A DNA stretch of 63,875 nucleotides, filler included, from Octopus bimaculoides (lineage: Eukaryota), in assembly GCF_001194135.2 (NCBI RefSeq). It is 6 parts of 5 records of this genome, joined end to end, with 100 filler letters (N's around TTAATTAATTAA, not from the genome) between each part and the next. Parts side by side here need not be neighbours in the genome. Positions count along the whole stretch, not along the records: positions 62,348 to 63,875 come from NC_069010.1; 5 more parts are not named here. One strand, written 5' to 3'. The translations under genes were made by a program, and so were the position numbers. This document shows, piece by piece, positions 63,474 to 63,875 of the stretch (position 1 is its first letter; each line of letters opens with the position of its first letter). The notes under the pieces were generated by a model. That model ran no database searches. It worked only from the letters and a program-made list of their open reading frames with translations, and had not been told where the DNA came from.

Positions 63474-63875
63474 TATAGACATGCAGGAAGTAAATAGACA
63501 CCTTTAATTTTCAAAATTTCTGATCTAACCGTCTTAATATGTTTTCAGCGGTGTAGAATTTACAATGTAAATTATTCTCTTTCATTCCAGCTGCCATTAT
63601 ATTAAACATTTGCGAAGAGTAACCAGGCCACACACAAAAAATTCAGCAGAACTGTCAGATTTTCAAAGCGGTCGTATTGTTGGGCAATCTGAGGCTGGTC
63701 TGGTCTTAGCCAGTGAAAAATTGCCGAAAATCTTCAGAATTCCTTTTGCTACTGTTAATAGAATTATAGTGCAATTCAAAAGCCAAGGAAAAGAATCAAC
63801 AGATTCTCGTCCCGGCCGACCTGGGCCCTCAGAAAGGAAGCTTCGCTGTTTGAAGAGAATTGTGGAAAACGAACC
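63474..63875 (+). mobile_element. Second copy of the same Tc1 element (5' TIR plus transposase N-terminus), running off the window end
   Basis: Same TIR (gacatgcaggaagtaaatagacacctttaattttca) and collinear similarity to 25060-25460; small duplication (ctggtctggtct) shifts the frame. Confidence 0.9.

Overview
Eukaryotic, AT-rich, microsatellite- and SINE-dense draft-assembly DNA. The repeat families look like those of an octopus (coleoid cephalopod); this is an inference from recognition, not a database match. The window is six sequence blocks joined by artificial 100-bp spacers (44 N + TTAATTAATTAA + 44 N), with further N gaps inside the blocks. The one host gene I can support is missed by the ORF track: a minus-strand KIAA2013 (DUF2152) homolog. 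Eleven internal GT-AG exons (46761 to 21687; 1381 nt, about 460 codons) splice into one uninterrupted reading frame, but the first and last exons are not found. The block carrying this gene (20326-47339) is strongly CpG-depleted relative to its neighbours, consistent with germline gene-body methylation. The rest is transposon-derived: a full-length but decayed Tc1 (plus a second partial copy), mariner remnants, hAT-, piggyBac- and mariner-type MITEs, RTE, CR1 and R4-like LINE fragments, three tRNA-derived SINE families and Penelope-like elements. The most interesting signal is a set of minimal type-I hammerhead-ribozyme motifs in Penelope-type terminal repeats. One family carries a non-canonical core (CUGUKGA, an A6-to-U change) in all three copies seen. 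All coordinates and translations were read by hand, and TE boundaries are approximate unless a TSD is cited.
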